A DNA stretch of 64,000 nt from the human T2T-CHM13v2.0 reference genome, Homo sapiens. The DNA is taken from assembly GCF_009914755.1 (NCBI RefSeq), contig NC_060933.1, one strand, 5' to 3'. This document shows, one piece after another, positions 1 through 12,800 of this stretch (positions within the stretch are counted from its first letter, which is position 1; every line of letters begins with the position of its first letter). Under the pieces are notes generated by a model. The model had not been told where the DNA came from and did not search any database. It was given only the letters and a program-made list of their open reading frames with translations. Both the position numbers and the translations under genes were made by a program.

Positions 1-459
1 GGAGATTAATTGTATTCACCAATCCACAGTTTTCACTAATGAGAAGTGAACTGGAATTTGAAAGCACATACACTTTTCCCCTTAAACAATTGCCCACTCC
101 ATTTTGCAAGCTGAGAAATGGAGAAAGAGGGATATCAATCTAGGTAAAGTCTGAGGTGCTACTTGTATTAACAGGACTCAGGAATCAAAAATCTGTACTT
201 CCTCCCATAAAAAGGGGTGCGATTTTTCCCTGTAGACAGTGAGTTAATGTGGCTGCCTTCAAAGGCAAACAGACTTCAATGTGACTAGAAGAAAAGGACA
301 ATGGAGTGTCCCCAAAAGAGAGGCATGTTTTTTAATGAATGAAAAACCAGAGATACTTTTCAAAATAATAGAATAACATGGCTTAGTTATTTTCATTACA
401 TTACAATACATTTAGTAGACTGTCCTGTCCTTCAGAAATAAGAGCCACAGTGAAATGAC

Positions 460-705
460 AATAATACATAGTAACACTTTACTATGAGCCTAACACTAAA
501 AATATTACTTTGTATTTATTGTTTTATTTAATTTTCACAAAAATATAATGCCTGTACTACCAATACACACTTTTGCAGATGAGAAAATTGTATCAGAAGA
601 TGTAATGAAATTCTTCAACTTTACATACCTAATAACTGCTAAGATTGGCATTTGAATATACTTTGTCTGATTTTAGAGATTGTGACCTTAACCACTATGT
701 CATAC
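460..705 (-). mobile_element. MIR SINE, degraded
   Basis: Degenerate MIR core (ttttgcagatgagaaaattg...) and end (gaccttaaccactatg) resembling the MIR reverse complement. Confidence 0.6.
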
Positions 706-1506
706 TTCCTTCCTGAAGTGTTACTGATTCACATAGACACACAAATCTGGGCTTGGCTAGGTTCCTTTTCCCAAAGAGAGAGATGGGAAAATCTACTCCT
801 TAAATGGACTATCAAACCAAACTTTAGATATCTTAGTCACAGAATACTATAAGTTAGTATATTTTATTTCTTAGTAGGTTATTAATGAAAAATTTTAGGA
901 AGAAACTTAAAGCATAACAACACATTGTTACAATAGGGAGTTAGAGATGAAATATTTTTAATAAAGGAAGGACTATGTAATAGTAGCCATATCAAGGAGG
1001 TCTTTTGGAATGGACTAGCATGAGTCTGCATTAGTACAGGAGGAACCACAGAGGATTAACAGCTTAAAGCTGATAGAGAATATTTGATGCTAGAGATAAA
1101 AGGAATTGATTGAATTTAAAGTTCTAGTGGAAAAGTTAGTCTGGACAATGGGCACTGAAAATTCAAGAATGGGTGATTTCAAATGTAGGAAAATGTGAGC
1201 TAGGATGATTTATAGGTACATAAAGGAGCTCTTTATAGATGGTCACTGATGGTTTCAATAAAGTAGAAATGAGTTCATTTGTCAAGAATAAAGAAATTGG
1301 GACCATTGGGAGCTTAAGGTGATTAGGCAAAGCTTGGCATAGATGCTGACAGAAGTGTATCAGAAACGTAACAGGTCCAATCTTACTGATCTACCTTTAT
1401 TGATTCATTTGTTTACTTGTTCATTCACTTTTTATTTAACAAAGAATTTAGTCATAACATTTTATATTATATTTATGTATATATTTAAATTATATTTATA
1501 TTTATT

Positions 1507-3110
1507 TAGCTCCCCACCCCACAACAGGCCCCAGTGTGTGATGTTCCCCTGCCTGTGTCCATGTGTTCTCGTTTTTCAACTCCCACTTATGAGTGAGAAC
1601 ATGCGATATTTGTTTTTCTGTTCCTGTGTATTTTTGCTGAGAATGATGGTTTCCCACTTCATCTGTGTCCCCAGGAAGGACATGAACTAATCCTTTTTAT
1701 GGTTGCATAGTATTCCATGGTGTATATGTTTCACATTTTCTTTATCCAGTCTGTCATTGATGAGCATTTTTGTTGGTCCCAAGTCTTTGCTATTGTGAAT
1801 ACTGCTGCGTAAACATACATGTGCATGTGTCTTTATAGTAGAATGATTTATAATCCTGTGGGTATATACCCAGTAAAGGGATTCCTGGGTCAAATGATAT
1901 ATCTGGTTCTAGATCCTTGAGGAATCACCACATTGTCTTCCACAATGGTTGAACTAATATACATTCCCACCAACAGTGTAAAAGCGTTCCTATTTCTCCA
2001 CATCCTCTCCAGCATCTGTTGTTTCCTAACTTTTTAATGATATCCATTCTAACTGGCTTATGCCAGATGGCATCTCATTGTGGTTTTTTTTAATTATACT
2101 TTAAGTTTTAGGGTATATGTGCACAACATGCAGGTTTGTTACATATGTATACATGTGCCATATTGGTGTGCTGCGCCCATTAACTCATCATTTAACATTA
2201 GGTATATCTCCTAATGCTATCCCTCGTCCCTCCCCCCACCCCACGACAGGCCCCGGTGTGTGATGCTCCCCTTCCTGTGTCCATGTGTTCTCATTGTTCA
2301 ATTCCCACCTATGAGTGAGAACATGCAGTGTTTGTTTTTTTGTCCTTCCGATAGTTTGCTGAGAATGATGGTTTCCAGCTTCATCCATGTCCCTACAAAG
2401 GACATGAATTCATCATTTTTATCTCATTGTGGTTTTGATTTGCATTTCTGTAAAGCCCAGTGTTGAATTTTTTTCATGTGTTTTTTGGCCACATAAATTT
2501 CTTCTTTTGAGAAGTGTCTGTTAGTATGCTTCGCTCACTTTTTGATGGGATTGTTTTTTTTCTTCTTGTAAATTTGTTTAAGTTCCTTGTAGATTCTGGA
2601 TATTAGCCCTTTGTCAGATGGGTAGATTGCAAAAATTTTCTCCCATTCTTTAGGTTGCCTGTTCACTCTGATGATAGTTTCTTTTGCTGTGCAGAAGCTT
2701 TTTAGTTTAATCAGATCTCATTTGTCAATTTTGATTGTTATTGCTTTTGGTGTTTTAGTCATGAAGTCTTTGCCCATGTCTATGTCCTGAATGGTATTGA
2801 CTAGGCTTTCTTCTAGGGTTTTAATGTTTTAGGTCTTATGTTTAAGTCTTCAATGCAGCTTGAGTCAATTTTTGTATAAGGTGTTAAGGAAGGGGTCCAG
2901 TTTCAGTTTTCTGTATATGGCTAGCTAGTTTCCCAGCACCATTTATTAAATAGGGAATACTTTTCCCATTACTTGTTTTTGTCAGGTTTGTCAAAGATCA
3001 GATGGTTGTAGATGTGTGGCATTATTTCTGAGGCCTCTGTTCTATTCCATTGGTCTATATATCCATTTTGGTACCAGTACCATGCTGTTTTGGTTACTGT
3101 AGCCTTGCAG
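1507..3110 (-). mobile_element. L1PA7/8-like LINE-1, 3' non-inverted part (3' UTR + ORF2 C-terminal region), interrupted by a nested L1 at 2088-2420
   Basis: Recognisable antisense L1 3' UTR (ccccacaacaggccccagtgtgtgatgttcccc) continuing into ORF2 up to ...ggtaccagtaccatgctgttttggttactgtagccttg. Confidence 0.92.
2088..2420 (-). mobile_element. 5'-truncated L1PA4/5-like 3' end nested in the older L1
   Basis: Complete L1 3' terminus (ttatactttaagttttaggg...) flanked by a 16-bp TSD atctcattgtggtttt at 2072-2087 and 2421-2436. Confidence 0.93.
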
Positions 3111-4436
3111 GGGTTGCAAACCTAGTATCTGATAAAACAGACTTTAAAGCAACAAAAGTGAAAAAAGACAAAGAAGGGCATTACATAATGGTAAATGGAT
3201 CAATGCAACAAGGAGTGCCAACGATTATATATATATATATATATATATATACCCAATATAGGAGCACCCAGATTGATAAAGCAAATTCTTAGAGACCTAC
3301 AAAGAGACTTAGACTCCCACACAATAATAGTGGGAGACTTTAACACCTCACTGTCAATATTAGACAGATCAAGAAGACAGAAAATTAACAAGGATATTTA
3401 GGACTTGAACTCAGCTCTGGACCAAGCATACCTAGTAGACATTTACAGAACTCTCCACCCCAAATCGACAGAATATGCATTCTTCTCAGTACCACATCAC
3501 ACTTACTCTAAAATCGACCACATAATTGGAAGTAAAACACTCCTCAGCAAATGCAAAAGAATGGAAATAATAACAAACAGTCTCTCAGACCACAGTGCAA
3601 TCAAATTAGAACTCAGGATTAAGAAACTCACTCAAAACCGCACAATTACATGGAAACTGAACAAGCTGCTCCTGAGTGACTACTGGGTAAATAATGAAAT
3701 TAAGGCAGAAAGAAATAAGATCTTTGAAAACAATGAGAACAAAGACACAACATACCAGAATCTCTGGGACACAGCTAAAGCAATGTTTAGAGGGAAATTT
3801 ATAGCACTAAGTGTCCACAGGAGAAAGCAGGAAAGATCTAAAGTTGACACCCTAACATCACAATTAAAAGAACTAGAGAAGCAAGAGCAAACAAATTCAA
3901 AAGCTAGCAGAAGACAAGAAACAACTAAAATCAGAGCAGAACTGAAGGAGATAGAGACATGAAAAGTCCTTCAAAAAATCAATGAATCCAGGAGGGGTTT
4001 TTTTGAACAGATCAACAAAATAGATAGACCACTACCCAGACTAATAAAGAAGAAAAGAGAGAAGACTCAAATAGACACAATAAAAAATGATAAAGGGGAT
4101 ATCACTACTGATCCCCCAGAAATACAAACTACCGTCAGAGAATACTATAAAAACCTCTACACAAATAAACTAGAAAATCTAGAAAAAATTTATAAATTCC
4201 TGGACACATCCACTCTCCCAAGACTAAACCAAGAAGAAGTCAAATCCCTGAATAGATCAATAACAAGTTCTGAAATTGAGGCAGTAATTATAGCCTACCA
4301 ACCAAAAAAAAAGGCCCAGGACCAGACGGATTCACAGCCAAATTCTACCAGAGGTACAAAGAGGAACTGGTATCATTCCTTCTGAAATTATTCCAAACAA
4401 TAGAAAAAGAGGTACTCCTCCCTAACTCATTTTATG
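3107..4436 (+). mobile_element. Inverted 5' segment of the same L1 (ORF2 endonuclease and following region; pseudogenic)
   Basis: ORF track gives L1 ORF2p peptides ([39 protein letters not shown]) with stops and frameshifts; orientation switches at gcag 3107-3110. Confidence 0.93.
3225..3251. repeat. (TA)n microsatellite inside L1 ORF2
   Basis: About 13 TA units expanded from the L1 'aaatatatatgcaccc' seed. Confidence 0.95.
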
Positions 4437-4651
4437 TAGTCATCCTCTTTTTAAAGTACATTATTATCATGATAAATAAAATAGGAATTTCTTGGTTTAT
4501 TTTATCTAATTATTTTATCTTGCCCTAATCTCTAATCTCTATTTTTATTTCCTTCTGCTTCTCCCTCTTACTTCAATTGCATTCATGTGTTTGTGGTAGA
4601 CCCTTGAATATGCATTTTTTGAAAACTATAAAATTTTGTGGTTGTTTTTGA

Positions 4652-5077
<426 letters not shown>

Positions 5078-5557
5078 TGTATTCCATTTTTATAAACAAT
5101 TGTGTGTGTGTGTATTACAGTGATAGATTCTTTGCCTCCTTCCAACTCCCTGCAACAACAATTGTCTCTACTGGATATCATATCCTTTCATGAGTTTAAA
5201 CTTAAGTTTATTTGCCATGTGGATCAAGAGTAGGACTGCTGGTTCATAGGTTTGGATTTCATTTCACTCCACATTGCTCTCTGGATAGTTGCATCAGTCT
5301 GTACTCCCATCAGCAGTACATGTGAAGTCTAGTTTTCTAAATTTAAAAAAAAATTTGTTATTATTTGAACATTATCTTCCATCTCACTAATGAGCACTCC
5401 TCAAATTTAACCCTTCTGCTGTTTATACCATATATTTAATCCTTCATTTCAACAGATATGGTTTTCATACTGAAAAAATATTTTATGATTGCTAATTTCT
5501 TCTTCAGGTTCAAATATTGTGCCTTATGTCTTTGAGAACATTTACTATACATATTTT

Positions 5558-5883
5558 TGGATTTATTTTAACTTTTTTTTTTCTTCAGAGACAGTGTCTT
5601 TCGGTTACTCAGGCTGGAGCAAGTGCAGTGGTGACAGCCTCCTAGCTAACTGCAGCCTTGACCTCCTGGGCTCAAGAGATTCTCCTGCCTCAGCCTCCTT
5701 GGTAACTGGGACTACAAGTGCATGCCGCCACACCTAGGTATTTTTTTTAATTATTATTTATTTTGTAGAGACAGGGGCTCTCTTGGTTGCCCGAGCTGAT
5801 CTCAAACTCCTAGCTTCAAGCAATGCTCCTGTCTTGGACTCCCAAAGTGCTGGGATTACAGATGTAAACCACCACATATGGTC
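5558..5883 (-). mobile_element. AluJ
   Basis: AluJ diagnostics (gcagccttgacctcctgggctcaag); TSD acatatttt at 5549-5557 and 5884-5892. Confidence 0.92.
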
Positions 5884-8800
5884 ACATATTTTAAACTATT
5901 GTTAATTTTTGTAAATCTGGTTGTCTTTGATATACATGTATTTTATTTTAGAGTCATTGAATTCCTTTGAGGCCTATTTTTTCCTAGTAAGATTTATTAT
6001 GCTGATTAAGAATACATGGCACTAAAATCAGGCTCAAGATTGACCCACCAGAAGTGTTTAGAATGAAGGACTCCTTAGGAAATAACTGGATTCTGCCACC
6101 CTTTGTTTGCCTTCCTCCTCCATAAAAGTTGGTGTATTCACGTGTCCTGGGTGGTGCTGTTTACCAAGACTGGTCTCCCTCAGTTTTAATCACCATCCTA
6201 ACACTCATTGTATGGAGTAGCTGGGTTAGAGGAGAATGCCTAGGGTTCAGATGGTCTTTCTGCATTTGTCACTATTTCCTCATTTTCCAAGCTAGGTTGA
6301 GTCATATTCTGCCTGGCCGACTCCAAAATGGCTTTAAAGGAGTTAGCAGTGGTCTCTTTTCAACTCTAGTTTTGCTAGAATGGGAGCTCCATTTGGTCAA
6401 AGTTTTGTCTTTCTGGCTCTGTAGTGTATTCTCAGTATTTAGAAGAGTGCCTTGCACACTGTGGGTACTCTAACTATTGAAAGAGCAGAAAAAAATACAG
6501 GAATGCAATGAAAAGGAATGATGACCACTAAAAACTTCCGCCCCAGCATATTCTGGTTTCCTTACATCTCAGTTTTCTGCTCTTTGCTGTCATTTTTTTC
6601 TCTACTCGCAGACTTTACTGTAGTTTGTAACTGCAAAGGTTTCTCACATCTTTTAGTATTAGATGCTGATTTCTGTGTCATTTCCAGGGTTGTGGTCACA
6701 GAAAGAAGCCCACATCATGTTAGTTCTCCATCTTACCAGATAAAGCTTAGCTTAATGTACTTCTATGCCAATTTCTTTGAATAACTAAACTTTCAATAAT
6801 TTAATCAATCACTGATTAATCCAAGATTTGTCTCAGATGGGGCACAACTTCCACAACCTAATGTAGCTTCCACAACCTAATTTTTAATCCCCAAAAATGA
6901 AATTTACCAATTATTTTGTTAAATCATACAAATATAAAAATTCTGAACAGTGAAATAAAGAAAGTATCTCAAAAGTAAGAGTACTCTTGGACAACAATAG
7001 CTAAAAAAGTGTAACAAATATGAAAATATGCAGGCTCTGTTTCTGACCTTTAATCATTCTATACTTCTGGGGAGCAGTTATTTTGAGACTCAGTTTTTAC
7101 AGAAGTAAAATGGGAACAAAAACAGTTCCTCTGCCTGGCTCATAGAATTTCTGTGAGAATAAAAGACAATTAATCTTTCTAAAGATATATTACATATATT
7201 GTAAAGTACCACAATTATAAATACAGGAGAATACTTGCTTCTCTTCGTATCCATTTTTCTGTTTCCAATGCTTGTTTGGTTTTTAAAATTTAATAGTATT
7301 TTCCTGCTACTCAATGTTTGACTACTGAAATTCTTATATAAATGTTTTCTGCAAAAAAATTTTATGGACATAGAATAATAATTGTATGTGCTCAGTTGCT
7401 TGATTAAAATACTTTATTGTGATTATTTTGTAAAGAAAAGAATTGCACTATAATTTCGATGTTGTGCAAATTATAATAATTAAATATTTAGGCTAAAAAA
7501 GATAATGCAAGAAGGCTAAGTTGTATTGTCATATTGTTAAGATTACTTTTTATTTAATGTTCCTAATCAGAAGTGAACCATTATCTATGTAAAAATAATT
7601 TAATTCAGAAAATTTTGGTCTCAAATTTACATAATGCCATCATTATCCTTTTTATGTTCTGGAAAATTTATTCTAAATTACCTAGAAAAAAAGGTTGATT
7701 CTATAGTGTTATTTTTTATTCTCTATATCTCAGGTAAGAATAAAGGGAAACGAGTAAGTAAAGGAAAAACAAAGATGAAAAAGGAAATTGTACTCAAGTC
7801 ACATAGACACTGAAGTCTCAGATGTATGTGGAACTTTCTGTTTGGTAGAGGATATAGAAAAGAGAAAGGGATATCGAATTTCTGACAACCTACGTGCTTA
7901 GTGCTTTGTCTACCAATGTGATGAGGACATATTTATTTTTTCCTTGTGCTTTCTGCATTGAGACAAGTACATTATAAGCTTATCATACAAATGATTCAAA
8001 AAAAAATACTCGCCATTTATTTTCTATTAGTTCTTTTTCTCCCGAGGTTACTGCCCTACAAGGAGCTATTTTAACCTCCTCCTGTCTTTGCCAGTGAGAA
8101 CATCTTGACATGACTCCAATTCCAATTCTGATGTACTGGAAGAATAAAAACACATTTATTTAAAAAATCTAAAGCATATTAATGATGCCATAGAAAGACA
8201 TCTTGCTTAAGATAAACCCATTAATTTTACCTTTGTAAACATGTTTCAGCATGACTGTGTGATTAAGGCTTCATTCTGTGCAGACTACAACTGTAGTAAC
8301 GGCAGCAGCCAAGAAAAAATAGCAAAATATTTTTAAAAACAGAAGCAAACAGCAAGGCTTTCACAATCCATTGTTTAAATTCATCTTTTATATCTTGTTT
8401 TATTACGTTTTTCTCTCTTACTTTATGTGTATAATGAAATACCATTATCACTGTCATCATCCCCAGATTAAAGCTTCGAGAAAGAAAGAAAGCCTATCCT
8501 AGAATTGATTTTTAGGCCATTTTACTTGAGATGATCGACAATAAGAGGATTTTCATTTGCTTTGTCAGTGTAAGCTGGCTGCTGTGCATCTGCAGTGAAG
8601 GCAGCACAGGTCTCTGTTTGCATTCTGCGGTTTGTTAGCAGCAATGACCTGTCACAGAAAGGCTCTACAGCACAATATTTACACAGATCATTAGCAGAGC
8701 AGGCCCTGTTTGCCAGATCGCTAATCAGTTTTGTGACTGCCCCAGTTTCATCAAGACTATAAATAAAATAAGCCATCGGAAAAAGCTCCAAAATGGGCAT

Positions 8801-9059
8801 TGTCAGAGCTGGTGACACTTCTGGCAGCTCTAGGCATATAAATCCTCTGATAACAATGCAGTGGTAGTGACAAATAAAAGACTGCATTTAAACTATGAGT
8901 CTGAAAATGAGTGTGTGTGTTACTTCAAGAGGACCTTCTTTTCTTTATACTCTGTCGATTTCAGCTTACTCTAGCCCTATGGTGTAAACAAGCTAGCAAT
9001 AGTCAAGTAGGATTTGCTTTTTTCTCCTTTCACTCACGATTGAAATTTGTTTACTGCAG

Positions 9060-9122
9060 TTTGCGATGTAGAGTCCATGACATGTGAACCCATGGTGAAA
9101 AGCCACAAAAGAAGGGGAATTC
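9060..9122 (+). other. Candidate 63-nt internal exon of an unidentified + strand transcript
   Basis: Pyrimidine tract, ctcac branch-like motif, tttactgcag acceptor, ttc|gtaagt donor; one open frame. Confidence 0.35.
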
Positions 9123-9719
9123 GTAAGTGAGAGGGCACGCTGGACTTACTGGCCTGTCTGACCTCCGTTGAAAATATTACTCACAGAATCAGTAGCATTC
9201 AAAATGCTGACAGAAAGATTGTAAGAGGTCAGCAAAGGGTGAACCTGTATAAGAGCCTAGGGACCAACCTTTAAGAGTTATGATAAACTATTAGCTGTAT
9301 GGTGGCCACAATTGAAATGCAACTATTTATTTATTTCTCTTTTTTCATTTTTTGATATGTGCCCAAATCAATAGTGATTGCTTTCTCCTTTGTTGTAGAA
9401 AAAAAGTATATAAAAGACTCAGAAGAGTCAAGCCCTGGGATGTTTTAATAAGAAGTTGACATTGAATAAAAACATTATTTGCAAAGAGAGTTTATTAAAG
9501 TCTTTCAGCTTTGCTCCCTCTGTCTCCTTTGTCACTTGACTCTTACTGAGAACCACAAGGCCATCTAGTAGAGATTACATGGTAATCATTAGTAGACAGA
9601 TGCAATTTTGTCTGCCATGTAATCTTTACTTTCTGTTCCAGGAAAATATGAGTATTTTTAAAGTTAGTGGAAATTTACAGATTTTCTATATACAGGGCAT
9701 TGGCAGGCCAGAGAAACGC

Positions 9720-9832
9720 TAATTAATTCATGTCATAAATGTTTATTGTGCAGCTACTATGTGTACTGGATAGAAAGTAGTATCTGACAGACATGTTCCT
9801 TGCCCTCTGAAACTCAGTTTAGAAAAGAGAAT
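9720..9832 (-). mobile_element. L2 3' end fragment
   Basis: aaatgtttattg..ctactatgtg...ttccttgccctc pattern typical of antisense L2 termini. Confidence 0.5.
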
Positions 9833-10811
9833 ACAGGTTCAAATATAATGAACATTTGTTTTATTTTATATTACATAATATCTTTTTTTGTTGTTGTTTC
9901 TATCTTCATTTTCACCAGGGGAAGGGAATCTGTGTCTATTGGAACTCTTTTCCTATATTTGTTTTAGGATTGCCATACCTCTGGTTTCCCAGGTATAGTT
10001 CATCAAAACTAGGGACAGATCTAGTCTTTATGGGAACTGCAACTTATAAAATGTGGAGTTCCTCTTTAGGAAAAAGGATATGCAGCCCTAGAAAATGAAA
10101 GGATCCAAATTTTTGAAGAAAATGAACTTAGTATGGTATATTCTTACTTTTTTTCTGAGTGAAAGATATCTTATATATCATACCAATTCCCAATAAGTTT
10201 CATCCTTTTGTCTGCGTTATTTTCAGTTTTCAGTAAAATAAATGTGTGTATACCACAACCTCTAAGTACTTCCTTTAGACCTTATGGTTTGAATTTGGTA
10301 TGAAAGAGGAAGCTTCTAAAAGTGTTTTCTATGTGCATGATGATTTATAGGCAAATATACCGGCACATATAGTTACCTTAAAACTTAGATATTTAAGTAT
10401 ATGTTGGATGAATGAAAAAATTGAAGAACAGAAAAATGTAAAAACAAAAGAAGGTAAGTCAAACATTTTGAGAGAGTTCTTGGATGAAAAGTAGAAATTT
10501 AAAATGTAAGGTTGTAAAAAATAGCAATGTCCAGTAAATGCATGCACATAAACATGAAATAACTTAAATGTCATTATGCTAATTTTACTTGCATAAACTT
10601 TCAGGACATGAATACAGATAAGGACATAATTACAGTAGTTAGAATGATTAAAAAATAGTATGCCCCATACTATGAATTTCACACACAGTTTGATTACTGG
10701 GAGACATTTAGAGCAGCAGACTAAATGTATAGGTGCTATACTGTAAATTGTAAGTTGGATGGGAGGCCATCAACTTTGGTATTGGCTATAGCACTTCAAT
10801 TAAAGAAAAGT

Positions 10812-11119
10812 GGCTGGGCCTGGTGGCTCATGCGTATAATCCCAGCACTTTGGGAGGCTGAGGCTGAAGGATTGCTTGAGCCCAGCAATTCAAGACCACC
10901 TTAGGCAACAAAGTGAGACCCTGTCTACCAAAAATTCAAAAAATTAGCCAGACATAGTGGCACGTGTCTGTGGTCCCAGCTAAATGGGAGGCTGCCTTGA
11001 GAGGATTACTTGAGACCAGAAGGTCAAGGCTGAAATTAGCTGTGATCATGCTACTGCACTATAGCCTGGGTGACAGAGTGAGATCCTATCATAAATAAAT
11101 AAATAAATAAAATAAAAAA
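10812..11119 (+). mobile_element. AluJ
   Basis: Full dimer with (taaa)n tail; TSD taaagaaaagt at 10801-10811 and 11120-11130. Confidence 0.93.
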
Positions 11120-11485
11120 TAAAGAAAAGTGTCATTTACATCTTTTTACGTTTTTTAAAATCCTGTTTGAGGTATTTTCTTATCACTATACAAAGTCACT
11201 AAACATATGCATTCTATAATAGGGTAATCAAGTAAAAAAAAGAGAAATTTATTTTTTCATAATATTTTTGTTAAAATTCATTGAAGGATATCTTACAGAA
11301 AATGTGACATTCTTACATTCTGATTATCAGGGCACAATTTGATAAAATTTTATCAAGTGAACAATAATCTGGTAATCAGAATGCAGATTAAGAAAGAGAA
11401 CACTAAAACCTCATAACCCTACCTTCCCTGCACTATTTACTCTAAACTCCATTCCATCCATTAAAGATAGTGATGACTGAATTTT

Positions 11486-12138
11486 TTTTTTTTTTTTTTT
11501 TTGGCTATTCTTCTGACTCTAGTTTCTGAGATTTTTTTTTTTATTATACTTTAAGTGTTAGGGTACATGTGCACAATGTGCAGGTTAGTTACATATGTAT
11601 ACATGTACCATGCTGGTGTGCTGCACCCATTAACTTGTCATTTAGCATTAGGTATATCTCCTAATGCTATCCCTCCCCCCTCCCCCCACCCCACAACAGT
11701 CCCCAGAGTGTGATGTTCCCCTTCCTGTGTCCATGTGTTCTCATTGTTCAGTTCCCACCTATGAGTGAGAATATGCGGTGTTTGGTTTTTTGTTCTTGCA
11801 ATAGTTTACTGAGAATGATGATTTCCAATTTCATCCATGTCCCTACAAAGGACATGAACTCATCCTTTTTTATGGCTGCATAGTATTCCATGGTGTCTAT
11901 GTGCCAAATTTTCTTAATCCAGTCTATCATTGTTGGACATTTGGGTTGGTTCCAAGTCTTTGCTATTGTGAATAGTGCTGCAATAAACATACATGTGCAT
12001 GTGTCTGTATAGCAGCATGATTTATAATCCTTTGGGTATATACCCAGTAATGGGATGGCTGGGTCAAGTGGTATTTCTAGTTCTAGATCCTTGAGGAATC
12101 GCCACACTGACTTCCACAATGGTTGAACTAGTTTACAG
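11486..12138 (-). mobile_element. 5'-truncated L1PA3-like element with 3' transduction (11503-11531)
   Basis: L1 3' end at 11532-12138, second poly(T) at 11482-11502, TSD gtgatgac(t/c)gaatttt at 11470-11485 and 12139-12154. Confidence 0.93.
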
Positions 12139-12187
12139 GTGATGACCGAATTTTAACATAGACTCAGTTTGCCTGGTTGGACATTAA

Positions 12188-12800
<613 letters not shown>

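Noticed and set aside
3405-3962. 185-aa ORF resembling an endonuclease
   Set aside because: A fragment of L1 ORF2p bounded by stops and frameshifts; not a host gene.
8522-8887. 121-aa ATG ORF on the minus strand in non-repeat DNA
   Set aside because: No recognisable domain or splice structure; this length is attainable by chance. PhyloCSF or Ribo-seq would be needed to revive it.
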